A stretch of DNA of 64,000 nucleotides, taken from Rhizophagus irregularis. Taxonomy: Eukaryota. The translations under genes and the position numbers were made by a program. This document shows positions 13,203 to 26,829 of the stretch, one piece after another. The notes beneath the pieces are model-generated. The model did not search any database. It had not been told where the DNA came from and worked only from the letters and a program-made list of their open reading frames with translations. Location: contig NC_089435.1 in assembly GCF_026210795.1 (NCBI RefSeq), positions 1 through 64,000 on the forward strand, in the 5' to 3' direction. Positions within the stretch are counted from its first letter, which is position 1. Each line of letters begins with the position of its first letter.

Positions 13203-15457
13203 TTATCGATGATTTGTGGTGGTTAAGGTTGCTTGCCGAAACCTAGGGGTTTAGGCAAGATGGCGTTTCGCCGAAAAGCGAAATTCTGCTGAAACTATAT
13301 TAAAGTTATATTAAAAAACTGGCGAAACTTTGGAGAAAGGCGAAACTACCAAAACTTATTATAAATGCCGAAACTGCCGAAACTCTGCCAAAACTATAAT
13401 AAACCTATAGTAAAATTTTGACGAAACTAATCGTAGGATTTTGAAGAGGTTTAGACAAGCAACCTTAGTGGTGGTTTATGACTATTCCTTCTATGACGAA
13501 AACAAATACCTTCATCATATTCCGAAATTCATTGGCAGTAAACCGCTTAATATTTTCCAGGCCATTCTTGAATATCTTAAGGCCAGGAAATCGTGGGATT
13601 TTAGCCAAATGATTATCAAGTTCGTCAACCGCTATTTGACCACACAATTCTTTTAACAACATCCTTGTGTAGGTCACTTGATAATTAAACAATCCCAAGT
13701 CGAGATGATGCATTCGGTCAGGTATTGTTGACAAATAAATATTTAACTGACTATCGTTTATTTTTGAGTAAATATATTAGAAAATAATTGGCAAAATAAA
13801 CACACTTTCTTTAAAAATCACATGATACATATGGATAATTCCAAAAGATGTTTTTCATATCGTGTAGAGAATATTGTTGTGCAGAATTTTGTTCAACAAG
13901 ACATCTCATATTTTCTGGTGTTCTTAAGATAATTTGATCGTTTGTTAACTCCACATTGTTCAGCTTCTCACGCTTCACCAAACATTTATGACAAGGGTAA
14001 TGACAATTAACAGAGTTAAATGTTAAAGTTACCGCAGCATTTTCTGGTAAATCTCCTAACATTACGGAAATAAACGGAAAACACCACTTTATACCATTAT
14101 CTGTTTAAAGATCAAATCCACCATTATAGTCAAGTAACGATCGTGTCAATATATTTAAAGCATATTGATAAAGGACTTGCTTGGCTAACTGAAAACTCTT
14201 TGACCTCTTTTGTGAAATATCTTTTGCCTTTAGGATCGGCAGATAACCCAAAAGTATTTTGGCATCAGGCCTATTTCTGCGCCAACTAACTATATTACCA
14301 AGTGTCAAATAAATGGGATGTTCGCTGGTCTTTCCTAAGTGATCACGTGTCGTAGCATCTGAATATAAAATTACTGACAATACATTTGCACCATTAGGAA
14401 GTGATTTTTGGACTCTTTCCCACCATTGTCCATTATATTGTTCGTTATATATTCTTTCTCAGTTATGATTTAATAGTGTAAATTTAAAAGTACAATGGGC
14501 AAATATATCCTTATTGCTCAACAATTCCTTTATAACGTCAAAAATTGGACGATAATGAAGATAATACGTTTCTTGTTTATATGTCATGATAGGCGCTTTT
14601 TTAAAAGAAATATGTGGTACAACAATTTGATCCAACAATTGACGACCTTTTTTTACTGACGTAGGTAAAATTACATTATCGCGACAAATCTTTTTTGAAA
14701 ATTTAAGTATATCGTTACCACATGCATCAGACAAATTCCATTTAGTAAGCAACTCCATAAAATTTCCAAACTCTTCGCTTGGAAATTCTGGTATATTTGT
14801 TACTCTAATATCAAGAGATTCGAAGGTTAGGATTGGTTCAACGTCAATTAGCGAATATTCAATTTCAATGTCTCTTGATTTGTCAATCACTTCCTATATA
14901 TGGATGTTAATAGACAATAAATACTTGATAAATATGTCGATCGCTTTCTATATATAGACATATATAGACGCACACAAAAGTATAAATTATTTTAATTTCA
15001 TTTAACGTTGATTTCTCACCTCCTCTTTCTCTTCCTCTCCTCTTCATAGTTCACCTCTTCTAGTTGTTCATCATTATCGCTCCCTTCCTCTTCTTCTTCC
15101 CTTCGTCTTCCCCTTCCCCTTCGTAGTTCACATCCTCTAGTACTTCATCATTATCTTCTCTTTCTTCTTCGTAGTTCACATCCTCTAGTACTTCATCATT
15201 ATCTTCACTTTCTTCTTCGTAGCTCACCTCCTCTTGTACTTCATCATTATTAGTACTCCCCTCTCTTCCTCTCCCTCTTCGTAGCTCACCTCCTCAAGTC
15301 GTTCGTCGTCACCCACTTCCTCTTGTTCATGTTCTACTTCTTCAGCAATTTCTCTAAGAACTTTATCAATTATATCATCGTGAGTTTTCACATGATTTCG
15401 TAGAGAAGCATGACGACTGAAGACTCTTTCACAATGTGGACACGAGTATATAACCAT
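13203..15457 (-). pseudogene. Plavaka-type transposase with N-terminal C2H2 finger, 3' truncated
   Basis: CPHCERVFSRHASLRNHVKTH; SVILYSDATTRDHLGKTSEHPIYLTLGNI; GDLPENAAVT; CHKCLV; PDRMHHLDLGLF; FTANEFRNMMK. Interrupted by the MITE and cut off by element A's end at 13202. Confidence 0.85.
13224..13467. mobile_element. hAT-type MITE, 244 bp
   Basis: TIR TAAGGTTGCTTG...CAAGCAACCTTA, perfect 8-bp TSD GTGGTGGT (13216-13223, 13468-13475), internal GCCGAAACT repeats. Confidence 0.9.
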
Positions 15458-16617
15458 TTTTTGAAGTTGATTTATGGTGAATAAGTTTTTTATTTGACGC
15501 TAGCAAAGTAGGTTAATTTATATAAAAACATTAAGGTTTTTTACATGTTGATTTATTATATTAACTTGTTTAACAATAAATTGACTATGTGCCTCAATAA
15601 TATTAACAATACTTAACAATACAGTATTGCTTGACGTATTGCACGGTTTACACAATGTTAACAGTTAGTGTTACTGATTACGATCAATCAAGAAATACAT
15701 ACATTAAATTAATCAATCATCGTGTCATTTAAATATTTAGGTGAGGATATCAAATGATATTATCAGTTAACTGCGTAATGATACTGATGAAAATATTCAC
15801 ATTTAAGGTGTCAACAAACACAACAAACATCATAGAAATTAACGCATAATTATTATTATTAGTACTTTTACGACGAATAAAATAAAGGATTAATTAATAC
15901 AGTAAACTAGAACGTCCAAAAGCAAAACCGAGCGTTGGATGAAGGTAATTATATTTTGTTGGAAATTTCACTTGTTAAAATTTACATCCTCGATATTTAC
16001 AATTTCCCGTTAAAATTTTCTCTCTTCTTCAGATTTAATCTTTTCCTTCTCTTTATTGCCCACCTCTACTACTAGTTGTTCTGTTCATCGTTAAACGCTT
16101 TCATTTCTAGCTGTCCATAGTTACTCATCACGTCTACTTCATCAGTAGAAATTCAATTTGAAACATCACATGATTTCGTAAGGATGAACAACGATTAACA
16201 ATGTGATGAACAACGACTAATACTTTTTTGCAATGTGGGCGTTGAAATTCAAAGTGAAGAAATGAATCAGATTTGTCGTTGCAACACGTGACATGACTAA
16301 TACTTTTTTGCGATGTGGGCGTTGAAATTCGAATGAATCGTTGTAACACGTGACATTGCGCCGCAATTTAGTCTTAAAGTAACATCTAGTTAAGTAATTA
16401 CATTAATTATGTTTGTTACAAGTTACACTGGACACTAAGTAAGTATACTAATCATTAGTATACTTGAGTATACTTACGTATAGGTAAATCAAGTAGATCA
16501 TCACACATAAGAGTTAAAAAATGATTGCTTTTTTTTCTCACATTCTAATATTTTTTTTTTCTCATTCTCACATTCTAATAATCAATTAATTCTCTCTTGT
16601 CAGTCATCTTTTTATCA

Positions 16618-18909
16618 ATGGATAACGACAACAACAAAAATAATAATAATAAAACCAGCGGCAAACGCTCTTTAGATTTTAATAATTTAAAACACCCAAA
16701 ACCTACTACTAGATCTAGTACTAGGTCTACTAGATCTACTAGATCGTCAACGAGTATGAATATAGAAGTAATTATTTTAACTTTAAATTATTATATATAT
16801 TTGGTTGTAAATTATTATGATTGTATAAATATACTTATATAATTAATATCTTTTAGATCAACGAACAAAATAATTTGAAAGGTTTTATTTTAGTTTTTTT
16901 TTGAACTTATGTGAACGAATATCTAAAAATACATTATAATTAACATATACCGAAGCCAATCATCAAACAATTTCAGACGCTTCACAAATAGAGACTCCAA
17001 AAAAGACGAAAATTGCAAGGTTAGATTTGTTTCGTGATAGAGATATTGATGAGATTATTATCAGTACCAATAAAACTACCAAAGGATCTTCTCAAGTAAT
17101 ATCAGTTATCAATTTTGTTATTGTTTATATTATTCATTATTAGTTTATTAAATACATTTTATTGTTTTCATCAGGCAATAAATGAATCATCAACAATATC
17201 CTCTTATATCCCTTCGGTGGTAATTTCTCCTCCTTCCTTCTTTCCTCCTTCCTCTATTAAAACAACGATATCTGCTAAACAGATGCAAAGTAGTACAAAG
17301 ATATCCGATAAAGCAGCATCTGGTGGTAAAGCAGCATCTGATAAAGCAGCATCTGGTGGTAAAGTAGCGTCTGATAAAGCAGCAGGTGGTAGCGTCGATA
17401 AAGCAGCTGGCTGTAAACGTCGGAAAGCAGCATCTGGTAAGGTAAAGCAGCGTCTGGTAAAGCAGCATCTGGTGGTAAAGCAGTGTCTGGTAAAGCAGGC
17501 ATCTGGTCAGAAGCAGCATCCGGTTCTAGTAAATCATCATCATCCAGCGTTAAGGCAGTGATTAGTAAAGAATCGCCATCAAATAATAATGCGACAACAT
17601 CATCATCTAAAGTAACGGATCAAGGTTAGATACAATATATACTGTTTGTTCATTGTTGTTTTGTTAATAAATTATCAAATTGGTTCTTATTATTCTTATT
17701 AACGATAATTTATAGCAGTTAGTTCTGGTGAATTTGCCAAATTAATACAAATTAATCAAAAAACAGCATCAAAACTCAACACGATTATTAATAATCAAGA
17801 AAGGTTTGAAGTTATGTTAAACGAACAAAAAGACCAGATTTCAAATATAATGTCGGTATTAGATTCTCATCGCAATGTTGAAACTGAAGTCGAGGTTAAA
17901 AAAAACGGTAAAACGAAAAAGAAAGACAAAAACTCAGATGAATTTTATCACGTAAATATATGGTTTAAAGTTATGTATTTCTTTATATTATTTACTAAAT
18001 ATAACAATTTGTATGTATTAAGGATGCGATTAAAGATCTTTCTTATGAATTATTTCATGAGCATCGACGAGTAACCGACCGACAAATGAAAAATCGCTTT
18101 AAAGAAAAATTAGAAAATGATGAAACATCCGCCAAAATACTCATGAAGTTGTCCGGAAAAGAAGTTTCGTTCGATTATTTGTGGGATGATAGAATGCATT
18201 CACAAGTAAGTAGTATTTGTATTATATATTAGTCATTAATTGCCAAATTTATAACAACTTGTTTATTTTATTAAATATAGTTACTTGCTGCAAATCGCGT
18301 TAAAAAAGGTTACTACATTAGAAAATTGAAAGAAAGTTTGTGGAGTACTTTCGGTATTAATAGAATAACACCATTCAAAGATAATTTCAGCAAACAACAG
18401 ATGCGAATATGGAAAGCAAGTAAAAACGTTCAACAGGTCCATGAAGATTTATACAAACCGAGCGACTCAGATGATCCATCGTCTGATACTTATATTTCGT
18501 TAATAATTAAATCGGTTTTTGCATCTGATAAAGAGCGTACAAATGAAAACGCCATTTGGGTTCAGTCGGTATTAGAAGTTATATTTGACGAGGAACACCT
18601 TTCGTCAAAAATTGATGCAGACATTGTCGATTCATGGACCGGAAATATAACAGATACAGACGTGGTAAGTACTCAACTGAATTGTATGTAATGTTTTAAA
18701 TTAAATTACTAGTAATATTGTATTTCTTTATTTAGGTTTCTGAAGAATGTGAATGTGAGTCTTCGCCCAAAACACCTATAACACCTATTGACGATGATGA
18801 TGAAATCATTGGAGTTGATAATTGTGTTGATGATGTTTATGATGAGCATACGACGGACGATAATCAAGCAGCTGATTTAGAAGTTGCTGATTTAGAAAAA
18901 GAGCAATAA
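16618..18909 (+). CDS. Multi-exon second gene of the Plavaka element (low complexity, KAASGG repeats), probably frameshifted
   Basis: ATG at 16618, a series of GT-AG exons including ORFs 17115-17561, 17814-18074 and 18326-18691, acidic C-terminus ending TAA 18909. Divergent from the Plavaka transposase. Confidence 0.55.
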
Positions 18910-19309
18910 AAGTTCACGTGACTTTTATAATTTGATATTATTCGTTGTTGTCATTTTTTGAGTTCTAATCTATATGTATTATTCTAGTATGCATTATATT
19001 ATGTATCAATTGCAATTTAGCAATATCATTCAGTTAATAATATTAATATAATTATCGCGTTTCAGTTTGTAGAAAGATCAATCAAGTGATTCAGTTGTAC
19101 AAATCACATTCCCACCTTATTATGGTTGTGTCACCAGGGGCGCTATGTCAACGGAAATTTAGTACGTTGATCGCTTAAAAATCCACGGCAATCCAATTAT
19201 AACAAGAGGAATTTACATTAGATAATGTATTTGAATTGATACGTATTTTATCATAAATAAATTTACATATTTTATATAATATATATATTAATAATATACA
19301 ATAAAATCA

Positions 19310-19542
19310 TTGCTTTACGCATTTTTAATATCAATATACGCGTTTTTATACATTGTATACACGTTTTTAAACTATCGTTGTTTTACTGTATGTTGTTTTA
19401 CATTTAAATTGGTGTTGTTTTACGCGTTTTTCAACGTTTTTAGGTGGCGTTGATTGATAAAGGGTTCATTTCCTTATGTTTTTTGGCGTTGAGCAACACA
19501 TGGCGTTTTTCAACACTTTATACGCCTGTTTAAAACTTGCTG
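19310..19542. repeat. Subterminal (T)ACGCGTTTT repeat array, probable right end of the Plavaka element
   Basis: Repeated CGCGTTTT/GGCGTT motifs ending where the integrase ORF is truncated. Confidence 0.45.
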
Positions 19543-19543
19543 A

Positions 19544-20436
19544 TGGAACTACTTGCAATTCCTTTCGGGTATATGCACATCTGGATACACCTAATCGACC
19601 ATGTGGTCTGTTAAGGAGATATGTAGGAGGCTGTTCGGGTGAAAGTATCATTTTTTTGATTACACGAATGTTTGGGTTCCATCTTATATCTCCTGTACAA
19701 AATTTTCCGTGAAGTTTGTTACCAAGTACAGAAATAGGTTCATCTAACTTGACTCTGATACGTGTTCCTTCAAAGAGGAGGTCTGTCTTTTTTGACACTT
19801 TGGGTGACCCTGTCAGAATATCTGGGGGATTTCTCTGCCAGAGTTCATTTACTTTACTCACTATATTATGGAAATCTTCTGACCATTCCACGGATGTCAC
19901 CCCAGTTTTCAACTCCTGTGCGGCCATTCGTTTGAGAAGGGGTTCTTGGATAGCTTGGATAGCTTGGATAGCTCTTTCAGCATATGATTGCTGTTTATGT
20001 CTACCTGGCTCTCCGAACCTCATCATTACCCCTAAGCTGTTCAGGAAAAATCACGTACCTGGTCATTAGTGAATTCTGATCCAGAGTCTGTCTCTAGTCG
20101 ATGTGTTGGTGGCTTAATACGATTTTTTCTGTAGATTTTAACAAATCCATTGAGAATCCTATTTGCAGTCTTATCCTTTAGGGGTTCTGCATCGACTCTC
20201 TTTCTTGCAACTTTTACCACTACGAGAAAATAGTGGAATCCTTTAGGGTCAACTGGCATCTCTGCAAGATCTGCCTGATATGTTGCATTTGGTTTCCATA
20301 CAATTACCTTTGGGCATTCTGTTGACTTTTCCTTTATGGGCTTTTTGTATAGATTGTAGTGCTCTTCACCTTTTAGAATTCGTGCTGATACTCTGGATAG
20401 ACTGTAGTACTTGTAGTAATTCTCTAATTGTGACAT
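19544..20436 (-). pseudogene. Polinton-like DDE (rve) integrase, frameshifted and C-terminally truncated
   Basis: YQADLAEM, LETDSGSEF, YAERAIQ catalytic motifs; C-terminal GDIRW...PPTYLL...YTRKELQVVP parallels the integrase at 49619. Confidence 0.8.
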
Positions 20437-20480
20437 ATTACGACAAATTAAAGGAAAGATTTCAGACTTCAAATCTCAAG

Positions 20481-22087
20481 ATAACACGATTTTACTGTCT
20501 AAAGTGTAAAAAGGAAACTGAGACTGCTAGTGAAATACAAGATATGACTACAAATGGACGTTATCGTTTACATGGTGATTGTACAGTCACGTCTGAAAGT
20601 GACGCCCGATTTAAAATTAATGCCAAAAATGGCAAAACTTTATTGATTTTCATTAAAATTCACATAAAAAATAATTACTAAAAATGGTTAATAATGTGTT
20701 GGCCCTCATCTTGCTTCTAGTACTGCATTTATTCTTTGTGGCATTGAAGCAACAACCTCTTCAAAAATGGAGCAATCCAAATTTTCCCATTCTTCACTTA
20801 GTGCAACTTTAAGTTCATCCACAGTTCTTGGAAAGACTTTACAACTCTGGATATTGTCCTTTAACTGCTTCCAGATGTTTTCTATTGGATTTAGATCGGG
20901 AGAATTTGCCGGCCAATCAATAACCACAATTTTATTCTTCTTCAACCAATCCTTGGTTATTTTCGCTATGTATGTATGGCATTATCCTGTTGAAAAATTG
21001 CAGCCCTTCCTGTTAACTCATGAACTGTATGCTGAAATGGATACAGATATGAATTTAGGATTCTAATGTAAGTATTTGAATTGATTTTTTCATTTCCTTC
21101 TTTATTTTCATCACAAAAAATTAATGGTTCTTTTATCCTTCCTGCAAAACATCCCCAAACCATGACTGATTTTCGACCACTTTTAAAGATAGGTGTCAAG
21201 CATTCAGTGTTAAACCTTTCCCCTGTGTGTCTCCAAACTCTTATTTGTCGTGACTGCTTGCCAATCTCACCACGATTCATCTGAGAAAATAACTTGTCTC
21301 AATCATAAGCTGTTTTTTCTTTATATTTTTCACACCAACTAATACGAGCTAATGCATGCTTTTCTGAGATAAAGGGTTTTTTTGCAGCAACATGGGAATA
21401 AATTCCAACACTATGTAATGCTCTTTTAGCAGTTGTAAGGCTGCAATTTAAATCTAATGTATTAATGACTTCATGTAAAGGTTCGCGTCGATCTTGTGTA
21501 ATTTTGTTTATGAGTGCATTTTTCTCATTATTATTGAGAGCAAGTGGACGCCCTGATCTAGGTAAATTTTCAGTTTTCCCTGTCTTCTTGTATCTGTCAA
21601 TAATTCTTCTTATTGTGGTGGGGTCACGACCAATTTTTCTTGCTATTTGTGCAGGGTTAAAATTCTCCATATATGCTAGTATTTTTCCTTTATCTTGAGA
21701 AGTTAACTCAGTTCTATGTGACATTATTTTTTTAACTTTGCAACGCGTTTATTAGGTTATGAAATTGTGAGAAAAACATTTAAAAATAAAAAAAAGGGGT
21801 ATAAATAATGTAAATTTTGTGTATCGTAACACCGTACAAAATCGGGCGTCACTTTCGGACCCGACTGTACAGTTTGTGGCATGCATAAGAATACTTTTAC
21901 TGGAGTAGACTGGGTAATCAAAAAGAAGTCTAAGGAGAAAAAGAAAGAAACCGCTGCTAAGAGACATCAGACGGTTTATAATCGGCAGTATAAAAAACTC
22001 AGGCAGAAAATTTTAGAGGCCGATGACGCGTGTAAACAGTGTATTGATAAATACCTTAAGGAGGCAAAAAAGAGGAAAACGGATTAG
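20481..22087 (+). pseudogene. Small zinc-ribbon protein (DUF5679-like), split by Tc1 insertion
   Basis: Removing the Tc1 element and one TA restores FYCLKCKK...NGRYRLHGDC-TVCGMHKNTF in frame. The start codon appears to be mutated (ATA at 20481). Confidence 0.7.
20584..21867 (-). mobile_element. Tc1/mariner element with decayed transposase (20706-21724)
   Basis: 29-bp TIR CAGTC(AC/GG)GTC(T/C)GAAAGTGACGCCCGATTT, TA TSD on both sides; motifs RSGRP, VIFSDES, QQDNA, WPANSPDLNPIENIW with stops and frameshifts. Confidence 0.95.
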
Positions 22088-22854
22088 TACTGTCTTCTAA
22101 ACTTATTTTTTATCATCTGAATCGTCTTGGTATACCCATTGTTCAATTACTTATTTTTTCTGACGGGGGCTGAACGGGGTTAGTCTTACTGGCTCTATAG
22201 ACCTTCTAGGGGCTTACCTGTTAATCTACCTGTTAATTTACTGGGTTTGCTGTCTCACTGCTTCCGACAGATAAATAGACTGAATCCTGATCATATGACA
22301 GATTTATGACAGAATGACAGATCTGGGGGTAAAATCAAAACTTTTTTCTGGGGATTATCCTCTTCCGATATTTCTGAAACATCTGTCATATCTGTCATAT
22401 CTGTCATACCCCTCTGATTCTCTCTTATTTTTCTCTCTTTTTCCTTATTTTATCGTTTTTTAGTATATTATTATATGACAGATGTTTATGACAGATGGTG
22501 ACAGATATGAGCCCCGTAGGGGCCATGTAGGTACTGCAAGGCCATGAGGCCGAGGTGGGTGGAGCGGTAGCGAGACCCACATCCAGCCCGATGACTGCTC
22601 AATTTCTTTTTTTTTTGTAACACAAGATTTTTTAATCTTTTTTATTAACGCGAAACTTTCTTATTACGCGAAACTTCCTTTTTATTTTTTGTTACATTAA
22701 ACTTTATTTCTTATCTTGTTTATGACTCAAAACTTTATTTTTTTTTTATCTTTTTGTGACGCAAAACTTTATCTTTTATTAAAACTTTATTTTTTATCAT
22801 TTTTGTAATGCGAAACTCTATTTTTTTCTCTTTTTTCCTAGAAATTATCTAAAT

Positions 22855-25800
22855 ATGAATGATGATTTAATAAAATATAATGATGATGAAACTGTTAATG
22901 TACCCTTTGGGCGTGTCGCTGAATGGTACATTTCCAAACATCCTTTACTAAAAAATATCAAATTAAAATGCCAAAGTAGAAAAAAAACTCCAGAACTTAT
23001 TAAAGAAAATATTATAACTGTTGATCGTGTTGAGGGAGCTGTAGATTATATTGAATGGAGAACCAATAAAGGAGAAACTAAATCTACTAATAGAATAGAT
23101 GACATTGTACATCTAACACCTATGGGAGAAGAGTATGTTAAAGAGATTGAAGCTGGTAAAAGAAAGGACAGGTTATGTTGGTCCTGGACTATGTATTGTG
23201 CTGGGGGGAATAGCTGTCAGAGGGAATGCGGAAATATTGGTAGTTGTAAAGAGAATTGTGCAAATCGTAATTTTCCAAATAATATTAAAAACAGTCATGA
23301 TATGCATCTTTGCAAAGTGCGTGTTATATCAGAATCTAAATTATCATGGTTAAAAACAAGCAAACCACTACGTATTAAAATAATTGGATCTCATTTACCA
23401 GCAAATGCATTAAATACTCATATTCCTAATAGTTCCAAACTGAACCTTACAAGAGAAATACGGGATAAAATTATTTTAAATAGAAGATCTGATTATAAAA
23501 CAGTAAAAGAAATTAAAATGACATTACTTGCACCTTATAATGGTGCAAATGAAGAAACATTACGAAATGTGTTAAATGAACAACGTGAAATTTGTAATGA
23601 TACTAAATTACGGGGATTTATTAAAAGAGATGATAGACGACTAAAAGAAAATTCCGGAAGCTGGACAATTTTACACTATTTAGTTACGGAAATTCTTAAA
23701 TTAAAGGGTTATGTACTTTATTACCAGCAGCCGGATCCATTAGCACCGGAAGATCATCCAGATCACTATTATCAATTGACTTTATCAAATGATTTATGGT
23801 TAAAAAATGGTCAAAAATTTGGAAATTTTTGCATAGGATTGGATGGTAAATATGATCTAAATAATGATCATGCTCCAATCTTAACAATGATAGTTGAAAA
23901 TAATACAGGGTGTGCTACACCATTGGCTTTTGGTTAGTATATCTGTATATCATTATTTTTTTATATCAACAAAAAAAAGTATTAAAATTTAAATATTTTA
24001 TTATAGGTTTAAGCAACAAAGAAAATAATTGGACTATTCGATTAGCTATTCAAGCAATCAAGCAAAATATTCCTGTAGTCGTAGTGAATGTAACCATGAA
24101 TGGTATTACCAAGATTTACCATCCGGAAAGGGGTTTGAAAGGATTAGTAATTGTGCAAATATACAATTATGGAATCCACTAGCCATGATTGACAAACATC
24201 GTCCATCGAGAATTGATATACAAAGTTTATTACGTGGATCGATACTTTGTTGGTTCCACATAATGAAAACAATTGGAGAAAATTTTTCGCAATGGAATAT
24301 TCCTTGTCAATTCGGTAATTTTAATTTTGTTGTAAATTTTTTTTTTTTAATAATAAAATTATATAATTTTTATTTAAAATAATTTAGTTATCCATTAGCA
24401 ATAGCGTTCAAGATTGTAGGAAGAAGTAGAAGTGTCAAACAATGTGAAGAATTAGCTATTGAATACAAGAAATTCATGGATTTGGCTAATAATGTAAAAC
24501 AAAAAATTATAAATGATATTTATAATAATTGGATTAGTGATGAGTGGATACTTGGTTTTATCGATGCTGGAAGACTTCCTCAAACTTTACAGGATAATCC
24601 AATGACAACTAATAACTTCACAGAGAGGATGAATCGATCAATTGAGACAAATCATAGCGGAATTAAAACTGTTGTAAATTTTGTTGAAAGATTATATGGA
24701 CTAAAATTAAATAGAGAAAATATTACTGAAAGGTCTGGAGAAACAAATTTTGAAGCTGGTTTAAGTACTTTATTTGATGCTCAATCTATCGAGCAAGTAA
24801 GTAAATTATAATTAATTTTAAATTTATTAATTAGCATTTATTTAATTTGACACTATCAATACTATCATACAAGGAAAACCAATCAAAACATATTTCTTCA
24901 GACAAGTTAAGACGACTTAATTTGGGTAGACTCTATTTCTTGATGGGATACGTAAAATCATCAAATAACAACAATTATTTTTATGTAAAAAAACATAATC
25001 AATTAAATGTATTAGAATCATCATACGATGGAAGTTTTGTGAAAATGGATGATAATATTATTGAAAAGTTGTATCCACTTTATCAAAAATTTGCAAAGAA
25101 TCATTATAGTGTAGTTCCTGAACTAGAAGGATATTATTTAACAAATATTTTTAGCGGAGAATGTTTAATATGCCTAGATTATATTTGGAATGGGTCTTTT
25201 CGGGATGTGTGTAAGCACTGTCATGCAGCAAGAATATATAAAGAATCATTAAATGCAGAGAATCTTTTTGATTATTCGCAAGAAGTTAAAAATCAATTGG
25301 TGACATATTTTAAGAATAAGGAACGCGTTATTTCTGCAGAAAATAAAAACAAGTTAATTTATGAAGGAGATACTCATGTGGCTTATAATGAAATTTTAAG
25401 ATTATTTGAACTTCAAGGTATATTTATTCATTTCTTTTCATGATATTTTATTTATATTTAAATATAAATTAATTATTATAAAAAATTTATAGGCACCAAG
25501 ATCTTTTGGTCAGATAATAAACCATTGAAATTAAATAGAGATCCTTTTCGTCCAGAATTAAACAATAAGCGTGATTTTAATGCTATTGGAGCTCCGCCGA
25601 AACCTTCTGCTAAACCGCGCAAACCATCACGAATTTTATGTAATTCTATTTTAGAAGAAGATAAGGAAAATAAGGAAACCTTTTCAACTCAGCAAAGAAA
25701 AACTAAACGAACTAGAAGACAAATTCGTACATATAAGGTAATCATTATTTTTTAAATTATAAAAACCAATCTACTGTTTCACTAATATCTTAATTGCAGG

Positions 25801-26228
25801 AAAATGCTAAGGATAACGGAAATAACAAGAATAATGAAAATAATTTGGGACCATCCGTACCTGATGTTAATTTACCTGCTTCGTATAACATCAAATTTGA
25901 TTTGAATCCATCTTTTAATTCACAACCAACTCTTCAACCTACTCTTTATAATATTCCTTATTATACAAACACCAATACTTCGCTCCCTACTTCAATTTAT
26001 TCACAATCTACATTCTCTTCAACTAATGCGATTCCTAATAGTAATTATACCTCTTTCAATATTCCTCAAGATCAATTGGCCTATAGTTATCCTTCGATTC
26101 CAAATGATCTTGGTCAATTTTCCTACAATAATCAAATTGAGTTATCCAATTCTTATTCTTATTCATTTAATCAAGCTCCTGATAACAACTTTTCTGATAA
26201 CAACACGTTTTCTCAAAAGCACTTTTAG
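22855..26228 (+). CDS. MULE/Mutator-like transposase with SWIM finger, spliced, one frameshift near 24075
   Basis: IGLDGKYDL...PLAFG, MIDKH, LCWFH, TTNNFTERMN, CLICLDY...CKHCHAA. Confidence 0.75.
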
Positions 26229-26829
26229 TAATCTTGTAACTTACTTTTACTCATCATTTAATGAAATAAATCTATTTCTTATTTTTCGAAGCCTTTAATT
26301 TTATATTTTGCGTTCCTAACATAGTGGGAATTTACAAAAACGTTGCATTCTTGCCCAAAAGAATATAAAGTTTTCGTTATAAATGTAAAAAAAAAGTATA
26401 TAATTATACGTTTCGTTGTAAATGTTGTATTCTGTACTTAAAAAATTGTATACATAGCCTTTCATTATAAAAAGCCTAAGCATAATTTTAAATACTTTCA
26501 TGCCAAAAATGTCAAAATTGTGAAATTAAAATTTGTTAAAAGTTTGTTCAAGTAAACGTTTAATTAATTTATTTTTTGATTTATCACATTATCGATTATC
26601 ACATTTCGGGTCAAGAAATACAATTTTTTGTTATGCATAATTGACCGGGTCAACTTAGCACCACGAGGAGGGTCAAGTCCGATACTTTTGCGTTAAGTGT
26701 CAAATAAAAACCCTTGCGTACAGCTATTAGTAAAAAATTTTCATTGTGTCCTCTGACTTATATATATATTTCGGGGTCCTGGTGTTACTGTGGTTCGGAG
26801 AAATTATAACTGACAAATTTTTTTGTATT

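Noticed and set aside
26640..26696. Right terminus of the MULE element
   Set aside because: It looks like a terminus, but no matching left TIR or TSD was found in the window.
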